The notes: generated from the sequence alone by a model not told the origin. DNA of 64,000 nucleotides from Mobula hypostoma (GCF_963921235.1 NC_086097.1:93250001-93314000), one strand, 5' to 3'. Positions 13,012-25,880 are shown, numbered from the stretch's first letter. Numbers and translations: made by a program.

Positions 13012-14556
13012 TATAGAAACATAGAAAACATACAGGCCCTTCGGCCCACAAAGCTGTGCCGAACATGTCCCTACCTTAGAACTACCTGGGCTTTACCCAT
13101 AGCCCTTTGTTTTTCTAAGCTCCATGTACCCATCCAGGAGTCTCTTAAAAGACTCTATCGTTTCTGCCTCCACCACCGCCGGCAGCCCGTTCCACGCACT
13201 CACCACTCTCTGCATAAAAAACTTACCCCTGACATCTCCTCTGTACCTACTTCCAAGCACCTTAAAACTATGCCCTCTCATGCTAGCCAATTCAGCCCTG
13301 GGAAAAAGCCTCTGACTATCCACACGATCAATGCCTCTCATTATCTTGTACACCTCTATCAGGTCACCTCTCATCCTCATCGTTCCAAGGAGAAAAGTTT
13401 TTTGAACCTTTTGTAAGCTCTTCTTTTCCTCTTGACTAGATTTAGAAGCAGCCTTTGTGCACCACGGATCTTGTACTGTACCATCCTTTCCATGTCTCAT
13501 TGGAACGTACCTACTCAGAACCCCACACAAATATCTCCTGAACATTTGCCACATTTCTTCGGTGTGCTTCCCTGAGAACATCTGTTTCTAATATTGCTTC
13601 CAAGTCCCTGCCTGATGGCCTCACAGTTCCCCTAACTTAAATGTTTCCCTAACTTGTCTGTTCCTATCTCTCTCCAATGTTATGGTAAAGGAGATAGAAT
13701 TGCGATCACTATCTCCAAAATGCCCTTCCACTGAGAGACCTGACACCTGACCAGGTTCATTTCCCAATACCAGATCAAGTACAGCCTCTCCTCTTGTAGG
13801 CTTATCTACATATTGTGTCAGGAAACCTTCCTGAACACACCTAACAAACTCTACCCCATCTAAACCGATTGCTCTCGGGAGATGCCAATCAATATTTGGG
13901 AAATTCAAATCTCCTACCACAACAACCCTGTTATTATTACTCCTTTCTAGAATCTGTCTCCCAATCTGCTCCTTGATATCCCTGTTACTATTGGGTGGTC
14001 TATAAAAAAACACCTAGTAGAGTTATTGACCCCTTCCTGTTCCTGACTTCCACCCACAGAGACTCTGTAGGCAACCCTTCCATAACTTCTTTCTTTTCTG
14101 CAGCCATGACACTATCTCTGATCAACAGTGCCACGCCCCCACCTCTTTGGTCCCCCTCCCTATTCTTTCTGAAACATCTAAAGCCTGGCACTTGAAGTAG
14201 CCATTCCTGCCCCTGCACCATCCAAGTCTCTATAATGGCCACAACATCATAGCTCCAAATGCTGATCCACGCTCTAAGTTCATCCGCTTTATTCATAATA
14301 CACCTCACATTAAAATAGACACATCTCAAACCATCGGACTGAGCGCGTCCCTTCTCTATCACTTGCCTATCCTCCCTTTCGCACTGTCTCCAAACTTTCT
14401 CTACTTGTGAGCCAACCTCCCTTTCCTCTGTCACTTCAGTTTGGTTCCCACCCCACAGCAATTCTAGTTTAAACTCTCCCCAATAGCCTTAGCAAACCTC
14501 CCCGCCAGGATACTAGTCCCCCTCAGATTCAAGTGCAATCCGTCCTTTTTGTACAG
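13012..14556 (-). mobile_element. Second-family CR1 with the RT core deleted
   Basis: APE ORFs 14000-14461 and 13621-14013 join directly near 13395 to the C-terminal RMRGDLIEVYK segment; tail tttctatgtttctat; same family as 56452-58050. Confidence 0.85.
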
Positions 14557-14823
14557 TATGTTAGAAGTTCAAGTGTTGGGGGGCAGAAGTGTGTGAAATT
14601 GCCCTTACAATGGATAAGGTGCTTGGAAACTGAAAGGTCTGAAGGATATATGGCTGTGATAGCGAGTTTGAGTCAAAGTGTGGTCGAAAAGTTGAAGAGC
14701 CGAAGAAATTACAGACGGGGAGCAGTGAGAGATGGTTTCACTGAACTCCCGTCGAAGAGTAGATGAGTCACCCGCACCAGATAGACTGCACGCTGAAGAG
14801 ATTGTGGAGGCATTAGGAATGAT

Positions 14824-14910
14824 GAAGGGTTCCGGCCCGAAACATTGACTGATCATTTCCACAGATGCTGCCTGACCTGCTGAGTTCCTCCAGTGTGTTC
14901 TGAGTGTTGT
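14824..14910 (+). mobile_element. 87-bp Penelope 3'-end insertion with 8-bp TSD
   Basis: TSD ggaatgat at 14816-14823 and 14911-14918; carries partial hammerhead core tgatgaagggttccggcccgaaac. Confidence 0.8.
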
Positions 14911-15513
14911 GGAATGATCTTTCAAAGCACTAAATTTTGGCATGGTTTCAGAAGACCAGAGAATTGCAAACCTCACTCTGCTCTTCAAGAAGGGAGAGAG
15001 GCAGAAGAAAGGAAACTATAGGCCATTTAGTCTGACCTCAGTGGTTGGGAAGACATTGGAGTTGATCGTTAAGGATGTGGTTTTGGGGTACTTGGAGGCA
15101 CATGATAAAATAGGCATTTGGATTTCTTAAGGGAAAACCTTGCCTGACAAATCTGTGGAAAATCTTTGAAGAAATAACAAGCAGGACATACAAAGGAAAA
15201 TCCTTGGATGTTGTGTACTTGGATTTTCAGCAGGCCTTTGACAAGGTGCCACACGTGAGGTTACTTCACAAATTAAGGACCTATGGTATTACAGGAAAGA
15301 TACTAGCATGGATAAAGCATTGGTGGCTTGGCAGGAGGCAAAGAGTGGGAATAAAGGAAGTCTTTTTTGGTTGGCTGCTGGTGACTAGTGGTGTTCCTCA
15401 GGAGTCTGTGTTGGGACCGATTCTCTTTGCATCATATGTCAATCATTCAGGTGATTGAATTGATGGCTTTGTGACAAAGTTTGCAAGCGATATGAAGATA
15501 AGTGGAGAGGCAG

Positions 15514-16087
15514 GTGTGAGACCACACCTAGAGTATTGTGTGCAGTTTTGGTCCCCTAATCTGAGGAAAGACATCCTTGCCATAGAGGGAGTACAAAGAA
15601 GGTTCACCAGATCGATTCCTGGGATGGCAGGACTTTCATATGGAGAAAGACTGGATCGACTAGGCTTATACTCGCTGGAATTTAGAAGATTGATGGGGGA
15701 TCTGATTGAAACGTATAAAATTCTAAAGGGATTGGACAGGCTAGATGCAGGAAGATTGTTCCCGATGTTGGGGAAGTCCAGAACTAGGGGTCACAGTTTG
15801 AGGATAAAGAGGAAGCCTTTTAGGACCAAGATGAGGAAAAACTTCTTCACACAGAGAGTGGTGAATCTGTGGAATTCTCTGCCCCAGGAAACAGTTGAGG
15901 CCAGTTCATTGGCTATATTTAAGAGAGAGTTAGATAAGGCCCTTGTGGCTAAAGGGATCGGGGGTATGGAGAGAAGGCAGGTATAGGGTTCTGAGTTGGA
16001 TGATCAGCCATGATAGTTAGGAATGGCGGTGCAGGCTTGAAGGGCCAAAAGGCCTACTCCTGCACCTATTTTCTATGTTTCTATGTT
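15514..16087 (+). mobile_element. Young CR1 3' fragment nested in the old CR1
   Basis: Highly similar to the reverse complement of 2376-2930 and 49911-50465; tail ttctatgtttctatgttt. Confidence 0.9.
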
Positions 16088-16391
16088 TTGTGGAAGCAGA
16101 GCAGCTACAGAAGCACTTAGACAGATTAGGAGAATTGACAGAAAAGTGGCAGATAGAATACAGTGTCAGGAAATGTATGGTCATGCACTTTGGTAGAAGA
16201 AATAAAAATGCAGACTATTTTCTAAATGGAGAGAAGATTCAACATTCTGCGGTGCAAAGGGTCTTTAGAGTCCTTGCATATGATCCCCTAAAGGTTAATT
16301 TGCAGGTTGTGTCAGTGGTGAGGAAAGCAAAATCAGTGTTAGTATTCATTACGAAAGGAATAGAATATAAAGGCAAGGATATAATGTTGAG

Positions 16392-17240
16392 TGCTAAACA
16401 TTCCCTAATTCAATTTAAAGTTGTTCTTAGAGCACATATGTCCAAAGATAAGTTAGCGCGCTTTTATTCTCATATTAATCCTTTTTGTGATAGATGTCCG
16501 GGGCAGATAGCCTCTTTAACTCATATGTTTTGGTCTTGCCCTACTCTGGAAACTTTTTGGAGAGACATTTTTAATATTATCTCCAAGGTATTGAATATAG
16601 ATATCTCTCCTCACCCTATTACTGCTATCTTTGGACTACCTAAAATTTCCAGTAACCTTTCCCCTTCAGCCCGTAGAATGATTGCATTTCTTACTTTAAT
16701 GGCGAAAAGATGTATCTTACAACATTGGAAAGAGCTTAATGCTCCAACTACCTTTTTTTGGTTTTCTCAGACGATATTATGCTTGAATTTGGAGAAAATT
16801 AGAAGCAATCTTTATGACTCCTCACTTAAATTTGAACAGACTTGGAGATCTTTTATTCAATATCTTCATTTAATGTAATACATACCCTTCTTGTTTTTTT
16901 TACTGTTTTTAATGGAGGTCGGGATTGAGGACATGATTTTAAGTTTTTTAACTCTGTTTGGTTTCAAGTTAGCCCATTGCTTTGCTTTGCTTTGCTTTTA
17001 GTTAGTTGCACGGTGGGTTTTTTTTGGGGGGGTTTTTTTCCTTTTCTCTATTGATATATATATAAAAATTAGTATACTATTATGTTACCTTGGTATGTTA
17101 TGTTTAAATTACATTGTTTGTAGTATTTTTTTTGTATTAATATCTTCTGTAATTTTATTATATTCTAACAGTGTATTAGTGTCTATATGGCTTACCTTTT
17201 TGTATACTTATTCAATAAAAAGATTTAAAAAGAAAGAAAA
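16392..17240 (+). mobile_element. L1-clade LINE 3' fragment (ORF2 C-terminal CCHC zinc-binding region, 3' UTR, poly(A))
   Basis: Open frame to 16878: LIQFKVV...CDRC...LTHMFWSCP...ILQHWK...LEKI...TW; AATAAA at 17214; A-rich tail; host CR1 resumes at gaggctttataa. Confidence 0.9.
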
Positions 17241-17413
17241 GAGGCTTTATAAAGCACTGGTGAGGCCTCACTTGGAGTATAGTGAGCAGCTTTGGGCCCC
17301 TTATCTAAGAAAGGAGATGCTGACATTGTAGAAGACTCAAAGAAGGCTCATGAAAATGATTCCAGGATAGAAAGGCTGATCATCTCATGAGCATTTATTG
17401 GCTCTGGTCCTGT

Positions 17414-17728
17414 TTTATATATATAGGCATCCATTAGTCTTGTGCAACCATGGATTTGCGCCTTGGAAGGCTTCCAGGGTGCAGGCCTGGGCAAGGTTAT
17501 ATGGAAGACCAGCAGTTGCCCATGCTGCAAGTCTCCCCTCTCCACACCACTGATGTTGTCCAAGGGAAGGGCACTAGGACCCACACAGCTTGGCACCGGT
17601 GTCGTCGCAGAGCAATGTGTGGTTAAGTGCCTTGCTCAAGGACACAACACACCGCCTCAGCCAAATCTCGAACTAGTGACCTTCAGATCATTAGACAAAC
17701 GTCTTAACCACTGGGCCACACGCCAACA
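17414..17728 (-). mobile_element. tRNA-derived SINE with CORE-like central domain and 12-bp TSD
   Basis: Minus strand: A box TGGCCCAGTGG, B box GTTCGAG, tgtccttgagcaaggcacttaac, (AT)n tail; TSD ctctggtcctgt at 17402-17413 and 17729-17740. Confidence 0.9.
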
Positions 17729-17944
17729 CTCTGGTCCTGTACTCACTGGAAATCAGAAGAATGGGGGGTGTGGAGGAAGAAAATCTCATTAAAACCTGAA
17801 GAATATCAAGAGGCCTCAATAGAGTGGATGCAGAGAGGATGTTTCCTTTGGTGGGGGAGTGCAAGACCAGAAGTCACAGCCTCAGAATAGAGGGGTATCC
17901 ATTTAGAACAAAGGTGAGGAGGAATTTTTTTTACCAGAGAGTTA

Positions 17945-18215
17945 GTTCATGACTGCCTATAATGCCACTGGCATTTAGGTCAGCAATGAAGGTTTCGTTC
18001 ATTGCTATTTCCGTAACTATTTTCTTCTGAACCGCTGAATCTGGAGAACCAGTGGATCACTCTTAATCCAGCCTCCACCCTTTGACCTGTTTCACATGGA
18101 TGACCATACCAGGAGTCAAAGCACAAGGCCCTGACTCCAGCCAACGTAGCTCTCTGGGTCACTGAGGCACACAAGTCTCCAAACCCTACAACAAGATTTG
18201 TGGTCCTCTTGGAGG
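17945..18215 (-). mobile_element. Probable RTE-related non-autonomous element
   Basis: Interrupts CR1; shares accctttgacctgttt and cagcaatgaaggtt with 47460-47820. Confidence 0.5.
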
Positions 18216-18389
18216 ACCAGAGAGTGGTGAACCTGTGGAATTCATTGTCACAGGCCAGGTCATTGGGCAGAGGTTGATTCATGACTAGCCGGGGCACAAG
18301 GGGTTAAGGTAGAAGGCCATTCAGCCTCAGTGAGTATCTGACTTCATCTACTCACCTTCTAAATTTTCTCCACATTCCCAGATTTTACC

Positions 18390-18600
18390 AGTTACCTGCA
18401 TACTAGGGACAAGTTGCAGCGGCCAAGTAACCCACCAACCTGTTTCTCTTCAGGATGTGGGAAGAAACTGGAGCACCCAAAGGAAGTATGTTGAGTCACC
18501 GTGAGAATGTGCAAACTCCACACAGACAGTATTTGGGGTCAGGATTGAACCTGAGTCTCTGGTGCTCTGAGACAGGAGCTCTACCAGATACACCACTATG
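18390..18600 (-). mobile_element. V-SINE (HE1-like) copy
   Basis: tgtgggaagaaactggagcaccc...gaatgtgcaaactccacacagac (V domain, antisense) plus tRNA-like head. Confidence 0.7.
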
Positions 18601-18654
18601 TTATTCTCACTGATAAAAGTCTCTTGTTAGCCTAGAACTATTTGCTGCTGCTGT

Positions 18655-19140
18655 CTTCAAAAGTTCAGGGTTCAAAGGTCCAACTTAATGTCAGAGAATT
18701 GTATACAATCTACATCCTGGAATGCTTTTTCTTCGCAAACATCCACGAAAAAGAGAGAAGTGTCCCAAAGAATGAACAACAGTTAAACATCAAAACCCCA
18801 AAGTCCCCCCAGCTCCCCCCCGCACATAAGTGGCAGCAAGTAATGATCCTCCCTTCCCCCTCCCCAGCAAAAAAAAAGCGCACTCACTACCAAGCACAAG
18901 CGTGAGCTAGACGATAGAAAAGACACAGACCTTGCAGTTACCCCAAAGACTATCACATTTCATCCGGCATTCGACAAACCATAGGTTCTTTCTCTCTCCC
19001 TAATAAAGGAGAGGGAGGTGTCCTCCACTTTCACAGTGAGCAGGAGGCATAACAACAACCCGCTGGTTTACGATGTTAAAAAGTCTGTTCCATCGCTTTT
19101 TACACGCTCTGTGCCTGAAGATCGCAAAGATCTCGGGTCT
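18655..19140 (-). mobile_element. Non-autonomous retroelement 3' part
   Basis: Starts with ttcaaaagttcagggttcaaagg (antisense of a TTTGAA-type tail); non-coding. Confidence 0.45.
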
Positions 19141-19879
19141 TCGGGACTTCTACCACTTCTCACAGTTTGCGGTTGACAGCTGTAGTAGGGAGCTCATGCA
19201 AACTCCATGCTCAAGGACAGGAAGATTCTTGATCTTTTCCTTTAGACTACAAGAGCAGAGGGAGAGTGCACTGGCATCTCCCTGCCTTGCAGCCTTCATT
19301 GACAGCACTCATGTAAAAATACTCCTTATCTTCCCTGGCAACTCCCATCAGGAGCACCTGGCTGTAGCCCCAGGGGTGTCTATGGCTCCCTGACAGGTTC
19401 TGCTCTCTGAACACCCCTTGGCAGAACTCCTCCACCTCCCTCTATCACTGCAGCATCCAATTATTCAGTGTCGATTCTCATATGTATTGAGAAGAGAGCA
19501 CCTTATACTCTGGTCTAAATTTGTAAGAGATGGCTGCAAAGATTTCTACCCACCAGGCTAATGTAGAGCCCTGCAAAAAAATAGTGTAACACCGCTGGAA
19601 AATGCCATGCTGAGCTCAAAGTACAGTTCAGCATGGAATTATCCAAGGAAAACCAACAATGCCTTGCAATTTCTGGAACCTAGCATATGCTCACAGTGGC
19701 CAGCATCCCTGATGTCGACAGTGTAACTTTCACTGCAGCCGACTCCTTGCAAAGGCTCAGAGCTTCCAATGCAGCTTGGGTTGCTAACCTTGATATACGT
19801 GACACTCTGACAATCCAGGGGTTCCTGAAATTCCTAAAATTAGGGTTTAATCTCCAGATCGGCGGGGGGCGGGAGGGGG

Positions 19880-20155
19880 TTGCCACGGTGGCATAGCATT
19901 TAGCACAACACAGCTTGGGGCGTCGGAGTTCAGAGCTCAATTCCGACATCATCTGTAAGGAGTCTGTACGTCCTCCCCATGGAACGTGTGGGTTTTTTCC
20001 AGGTGCTCCGGTTTTCTGCCACAGTCCGAGTACCAGTTAGTTGGTCATTGTAAGGTGCCCCGTAATTAGGCTAGGGTTAAATAGGGGATTGTTGGGCAGT
20101 AGGGCTCAAAGGGCCGGAAGGGCCTATTCCATGCTGTATCCCTAAATTAAAATAA
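19880..20155 (+). mobile_element. V-SINE (HE1-like) copy
   Basis: Head gccacggtggcatagc; V domain gtgtgggttttttccaggtgctccggttttctgccacagtcc; A-rich tail. Confidence 0.75.
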
Positions 20156-21369
20156 AATAGATCACTACTACTACTAACTACTGGGGCTGTTTGGAAAGAA
20201 AACTGCAATGCCTTTTTCCACGTTCATTGCGTAAATTGACTTGTTACTGAAATACGAGTGATTTCTTTCTTCGTTGATTGGACTGTCAGCAGTTACCTTG
20301 TCACCTTCCTTCTTGGGCCCTAGCTCCCAGGGGAGCATAGGCCATCGATGACCTCCCATCTCCATCGTCCAAAGTCAGTGGTACGGTTGGAGTTCATCAA
20401 CGTTCACCTTGTCACCCAACTGGATGATATCAAGCTGTGAGTTACAACTCTATTTCCAACACTTTGCCAAGAAATCAGTGAGAGAGTGAAAAAAAATGCA
20501 CAATTTCTTACAAAGACCCTGTGATTTTTCTCTTCTATTTTTCATAGCTGTAACCTGTTGATTAAACTTTAATGTTGGGGATTACAAGGAACAACCAGGA
20601 TTCTGTCAACTATAATGTAAAGTTGTTCGAGAAAAACACATGTAAATGCTGGCTGTCCACTTAGTTTTGGAAACTGTTGAGAAGCTTCACATTTTGTAAG
20701 CATTTTGTTTCCTTTCCTCTATATAGTCCAGGTGAAACTTAGTCTGGACCTGAGTCCATACCTATGGGATGTTGTTGCAGTGACACGTCACTGTTTCTCA
20801 TACTCTGTGAAAGGTAAGTGGTATTATAAAGCCACAACAGAATATGCTTCATCTACAGCTTATCCCCACAGTAGCCCTGGCCTCATCCTTCCAGGAAATA
20901 CTGCCTTTGTCCTATCTGCCCCTCACTCACCTTAAACCTACCTTGTTTTGTCTCTTTCCTAATTCTAAGAAAGGATCTTTGACATTTCTCCCTCTACAGA
21001 TGCTGCCTGATTTGCTGAGTGTCTCCAGTATTTTGTTTTTAATATCTATTTACAACATCTGCAGACTTCTTATTTTTATTTAATAAATTCACACAGGCTT
21101 TTTTTTGCCTTTTCAAGGTGGTTGCGAGGTTGTGGAGCTGGAGGCAGAGGGTTGCAGGACTAGTAATATTTCAGAATCCTGTTCCATGCACTTTTGACTG
21201 TTGGACTGGTTTGATAGACATGTAGTTTCTTCCTGAGATCTGAGCACATTAGTATATTGAGATAGGAGCAGGTTGCATATCCTCATAGTTCAGATAGCTT
21301 CCTTATTGTTGTGCATCCTGATAAATCATGTTGACTTAATATACCTTCTGAGACTAGAAAAATGCCCTG

Positions 21370-21740
21370 GATGTAATTCTGAAGCTTTATAAGGCACTGG
21401 CAAGGCCTCACTTGGAATATTGTGAGCATTTTTGGACCCCTTATTTAAGAAAGGATGTGCTGACATTGGAGGGGGTTCAGAGGAGGTTCACGAGAATGAT
21501 TCTGGGAATGAAAGGCTTATTGTATGAGGAGTGACTGATGACTCTGGGCCTTTACTTGCGGGATTTAGAAAAATGAGGCGGGATCTCATTGAGACCTATC
21601 AAATGTTGAAATGCCTCGATAGAGTGGATGTGGAGAGGAGATCTCCTATGGTGGGGGAACATAGGATCAGAGGACACAGCCTCAGAATAGAGGGACGTCA
21701 TTTAGAATGGAGATGAGGAGAAATTTCTTTAGCCAGAGGA
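21370..21740 (+). mobile_element. CR1 3' fragment
   Basis: RRDLIETYQMLK.LDRVDVER...RGHSLRIEG. Confidence 0.8.
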
Positions 21741-22596
21741 TGGAACAGGACAAGGAGAACACACTGGCACTTTTGGAACTGCCGCAGATGGTAGTTGTAG
21801 GAAAGAAGAACAAAAAGGAACAATTGATTAAAAGTCTTAAAGATCTGGGAGTAACCTGGCCACTCTCTTTGGATTGGGATTATTTTTTTTCTTTCAATGC
21901 TACAAGCAGCTTGAATGGTAGGTGGAGCAGGCAAGTAGGTGGAAGGATTTTGAGTTCAAGAGGAAGTTTCTATGGTTGAATGTAGAATAACAAGATCCTA
22001 GAGATGCTGCTTTACATATCTTTGTCCTCAATTGCTCTGCCTGAAGAAGACCCAAAGAGGAGAGATCAGAATTATTCCTTTCAATGTTTCAGTGAATGTA
22101 TTGAAATAAGGGAAATGGAATGAGAATTGGATAATAGCTGAACAGCAAAGCTTTCTAGGTTTAGGATGAGAGAGCAATGGAGTAGCTGTAATTTGTTGCT
22201 CTTTCAATTGTCCCATTGTCTCTGCATGCGATATGATACTACAATTCCCATTGATCTGTCACAGAATCTAATAATATGTTTGGACTGGTCTATGAGAAAA
22301 TTGTGTAGATGATTAAAATTATATTAACTGTGAATGATTGTCAAGTCATTCAGTGAGATTGAAATCAAATTGCAGCAGATGAGGCACTTTGGAGCTCAAG
22401 AGGCCTGTAATATGAAGCACCTATCAAATTCATTCCTTTATTCAATTTGCAGCCTTCAAATCTCTTTCAAGATATTCAGCCACATTCTGATAGAGAATGA
22501 CGCCACAGTAGGAGCATCCACATCATAACTTCGGTGTCACAGCAACCACCATCTTGCCATCACCAAGTCAAGTGTACTGTTAGACAGAGAACATCC

Positions 22597-23123
22597 CACT
22601 CAGTGGCCACTTTATTAGGTACACCTGCACACCTGCTTATTAATGCAAATCAGCCAATCATGTGGCAGCATAAAAGCACACAGACATGTCAAGAGGTTCA
22701 GTTGTTGTTCAGACCAAATATCGGAGAGGGAAGAAATGTGATCTAAGTGACTTTGACCGTGGAATGATTGTTGGTGCCAGACAGGATGGTTTGAGTATCT
22801 CAGCAACTCTGATCTCCTGGGAATTTCATGCACAACAGTCTTCTAGAGTTTACAGAGAATGGTGTGAAAAGCAAAAAAAAAATCCAGTTCTGTGGTGAAA
22901 ATGTCTTGTTAATGAGAGAGGACAGGGGAGAATGGCCAGACTAATTCAAGCTAACAGGAAGGCAACAGTAACTCAAATACCTACGTGTTACAACAGTGTT
23001 GTGCAGAAGAGAATCTCTGAATGTACAACACATCGAACCTTGAAGTAGATGGGCTACAGCAGCAGAAACCATGAACTAGACTCTGTGGCTATTTTATTAG
23101 TTACAGGAGGTAGCCGCTGAGTG
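22597..23123 (+). mobile_element. Internally deleted Tc1/mariner DNA transposon
   Basis: Left end cactcagtggccactttattaggtac; degenerate right end gccgctgagtg; N-terminal transposase remnant GKKCDLSDFDRGMIVGAR...SRVYREWCEK. Confidence 0.85.
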
Positions 23124-25394
23124 TTGAACAGCACAGGATTAGGTCCTTTAGCTTAATGTGTCTATGCCCAACAATGCCTAATTAAACTAATTCTCTTCTG
23201 CTGCACATGGTCCACATCCTTTATGCCCCTGCATTGTTATGTGTCTGTTAGCAGCCTTTCAAATGCCGCTATCATCTCTGCTTCCATCACCCATTCCATA
23301 CATATGTGTGTGTAATAATCTTGCCCTTCGCGTGTGCTCTAAACTTCCTCCCTTAAATTCATGTTGTGCAGTATTTGATATTTCTACCCTGGGAAAATGA
23401 TTCTGGCTGTCTGTACTATCTATGCCTCTCCTATTCTTACAAACTTCTATCAGGTCTTCCCTTAGCCTCCAATGTTCAAGTAACCTGGTACATGAGTAAA
23501 TTGGTATCATTGTACCCATCACTGAGTAACTGGTACCATGGTGCCTGTTGCTATGGTATCCATCACGGACTAAACTAATACCACTGTGCCCATCATCATG
23601 AGCCGTGCCAATCACTGAGGGAACTGGTATCATCATGGTGTGCACCAAGAAAACCAGAGCATTGTGCCCTTCACTGAGTAAACTGGTATCTCTTAGGGCA
23701 TAAAGCAAGTGATCTGATGCCACTGTGAGTGTGAAGCAAGTAACCCCGTACCACTGTGCCCTTGAGCTAAGTTAGCTGGCAATATGTCCATCATTCTGTG
23801 GCTTGGATGTAGCACCAAGATGAGAAAAGTTTAGGGGGAGGCGGGCCAAATGCAGGCAAATGGGGCCAGCTTGGTGGGCACCATGGCTAGCATGGATGAG
23901 TTGGGCCAAAGGGCCTGTTTCCATTCTGTAATACTCAACGACTTGGTGGCGTTTTAACTTGCACAAAATCAGGCTTAGTTATAAGGTCAGGAATCAGAAC
24001 ATATCTTTGTAATCTTTCAAGCTGCTGTGAGAATGAAGAGCTACTTCACAAGATAGGGGTAATCAGTATTCCCTGCCATCTGAGCACTCCTCAGGGTTTT
24101 AAACTCCTGCTCTCATTTAGTATTTTATCAAGAACTCTGTAGTAATTGCAGTATTACATAGTGCTGTTCACCCACCCCCTCCCCCAGGACTTTCCAAATC
24201 ACATTTGATACGATGTCATTCTCATCGCATCGTCCATAATGTGACAGGCAATCACTGTATAACAAGGTATCACACACACCAACACTTGCGCCTTCCTGAT
24301 TATGCTTGTTATATTCTCAGTGGCTCCAGCAGCTGCTGCCTACAGCATCAATTGCAAGCTGACCCTGCTCTGTAAATCTGATGGGCAGCCATGCTGCCTG
24401 GAAGTGCCACAAGGCAGATGGAACATTGAACAGATCCCTCTCTCCACTAGATGGAACAGAATCCCTGGAGGTAATTGAAGAAGGGGGAGTTCCTCGGCGC
24501 AGTGGCAAAACAAACAGCCTGCTAACAACCATCAGAATAGCAGGGCTTCAACCCAAAATGTCGGCAGTCCTTTCCCCTCATAGATGCTGCTCGATCCTCT
24601 GGGTTCCTCCAGCAGATTGCCTATTGCCCCAGGTTCCAGCATCAGAGGTCTCCTGTGTCTCCAATATGTATTTCTTCATCCAGCTGATCATGTAGTCAGT
24701 TTGTGGGAGCTTTCTCTGTACACTTTGGCTGATATATTTCCTATACTACAGAAAAATAGTGTGTCATTAGCTATTGTGTGACTCTTGACAATCAAGTACT
24801 TCATTTATATGCAAGTTTTTAAAATCTGACTTTCTTCCTCTCCTTTTGGAACCTATTTAAAATCTGACCCAATCCTACCATCTCCACCCTTTTAATATTT
24901 CTCAGATTAAGGCTCCATCTCAGACATGGAACACTAAAATTATCCCCCTTGTCCATGAGGATTACCCAAGCTGGTTCCCACTGGTACCTTGATGCTTTGG
25001 TTTCAATTGCCTTGTTAGGAGCATTCAATATAAATAAATCACATCATGAGCAAATTAATAGATCACGTGGGAAGTCAGCATTACAGCAGGTCTCATCTGT
25101 CTGTATGTAAATGTAACATTTAAGCAGAGCACTTATTCCACTCCCACGGAGTTACAAACACAGTCAGTCATCACAAGCTCATACCCTCTGGTAACTGCAT
25201 GCTACTTGCATTTGTATAGCTAATTAACTCTGAGACTTTTCTGTTAGGTTGTTGAGGTGTGGGGTGGGGAGAGATTTCACTGACAACTATAGTTTTGATT
25301 AATAGAAATTATTAAATAAATGAGCAATTTGCCCACCATTTAGTGAAAGCACCAAATAAAAAAAGATCAGAAGGTCAATGTCCAATTCCCACTC

Positions 25395-25869
25395 AGTTCA
25401 AAGTTCAAAGTAAATTTTATTATCAAAGTGCATATATGTCGCCATATGCAAACCTGAGATTCATTTTCCTGTGGGCATACCAAGCAAATCTATAGAATAG
25501 TAACTATGACAGGATCAATGTAAGATCAACCAGAATGCAGGAGACAATAAACTGTGCAAGTGCAAATATAAATAAATAGCAAGAACATGAGATAATGAGA
25601 TAAAGAAATTCTTAAAGTGAGATTATTGGTCGTGCGACACGTCTCAATGTTGGGGCAATGTTATTCAAGAGCCTGATGGTTGAGGGGTAGTAATTGTCCT
25701 TGAACTTGATGGCGTGAGTCCGGAGGCTCTTGTACCTTCTACCTGGTGGCAGCAGCGAGAAGAGAGCATGGCCTGGGTGGTGGGGGTCTCTGAAGATGGA
25801 TGTTGCTTTCCCATGACAGCATAGGTCCTACGACAACATTTTGTATAGATGTGCTATAGCGTTGACTGG
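25395..25869 (-). mobile_element. Rex1/Babar-type LINE 3' fragment
   Basis: Tail agttcaaagttcaaagtaaattttattatc; similar to 40265-40700 and 45395-45900. Confidence 0.8.
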
Positions 25870-25880
25870 AAGTATATCTA

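Larger units (their letters stand above)
10830..18320 (+). mobile_element. Old near-full-length CR1 LINE (ORF1 SGNH esterase plus ORF2), interrupted by at least 7 younger insertions
   Basis: ORF1 remnant CCLPGAGVRDV...ILKGEGEQPE...IGTN (11000-11233); ORF2 start LKVLYLNARS near 11570; APE 11863-12174; RT pieces 14942-15510; 3' pieces to about 18320 resume in order after each insert. Confidence 0.85.

Noticed and set aside
16075..16878. 267-aa ORF as a novel protein
   Set aside because: Chance in-frame fusion of old CR1 ORF2 and an L1 3' fragment at 16392; the ATG lies in a CR1 tail repeat
17650..17728. tRNA gene
   Set aside because: A and B boxes belong to a SINE head bounded by a 12-bp TSD
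19694..19833. Minus-strand exon candidate
   Set aside because: Poor polypyrimidine tract and unrecognisable peptides
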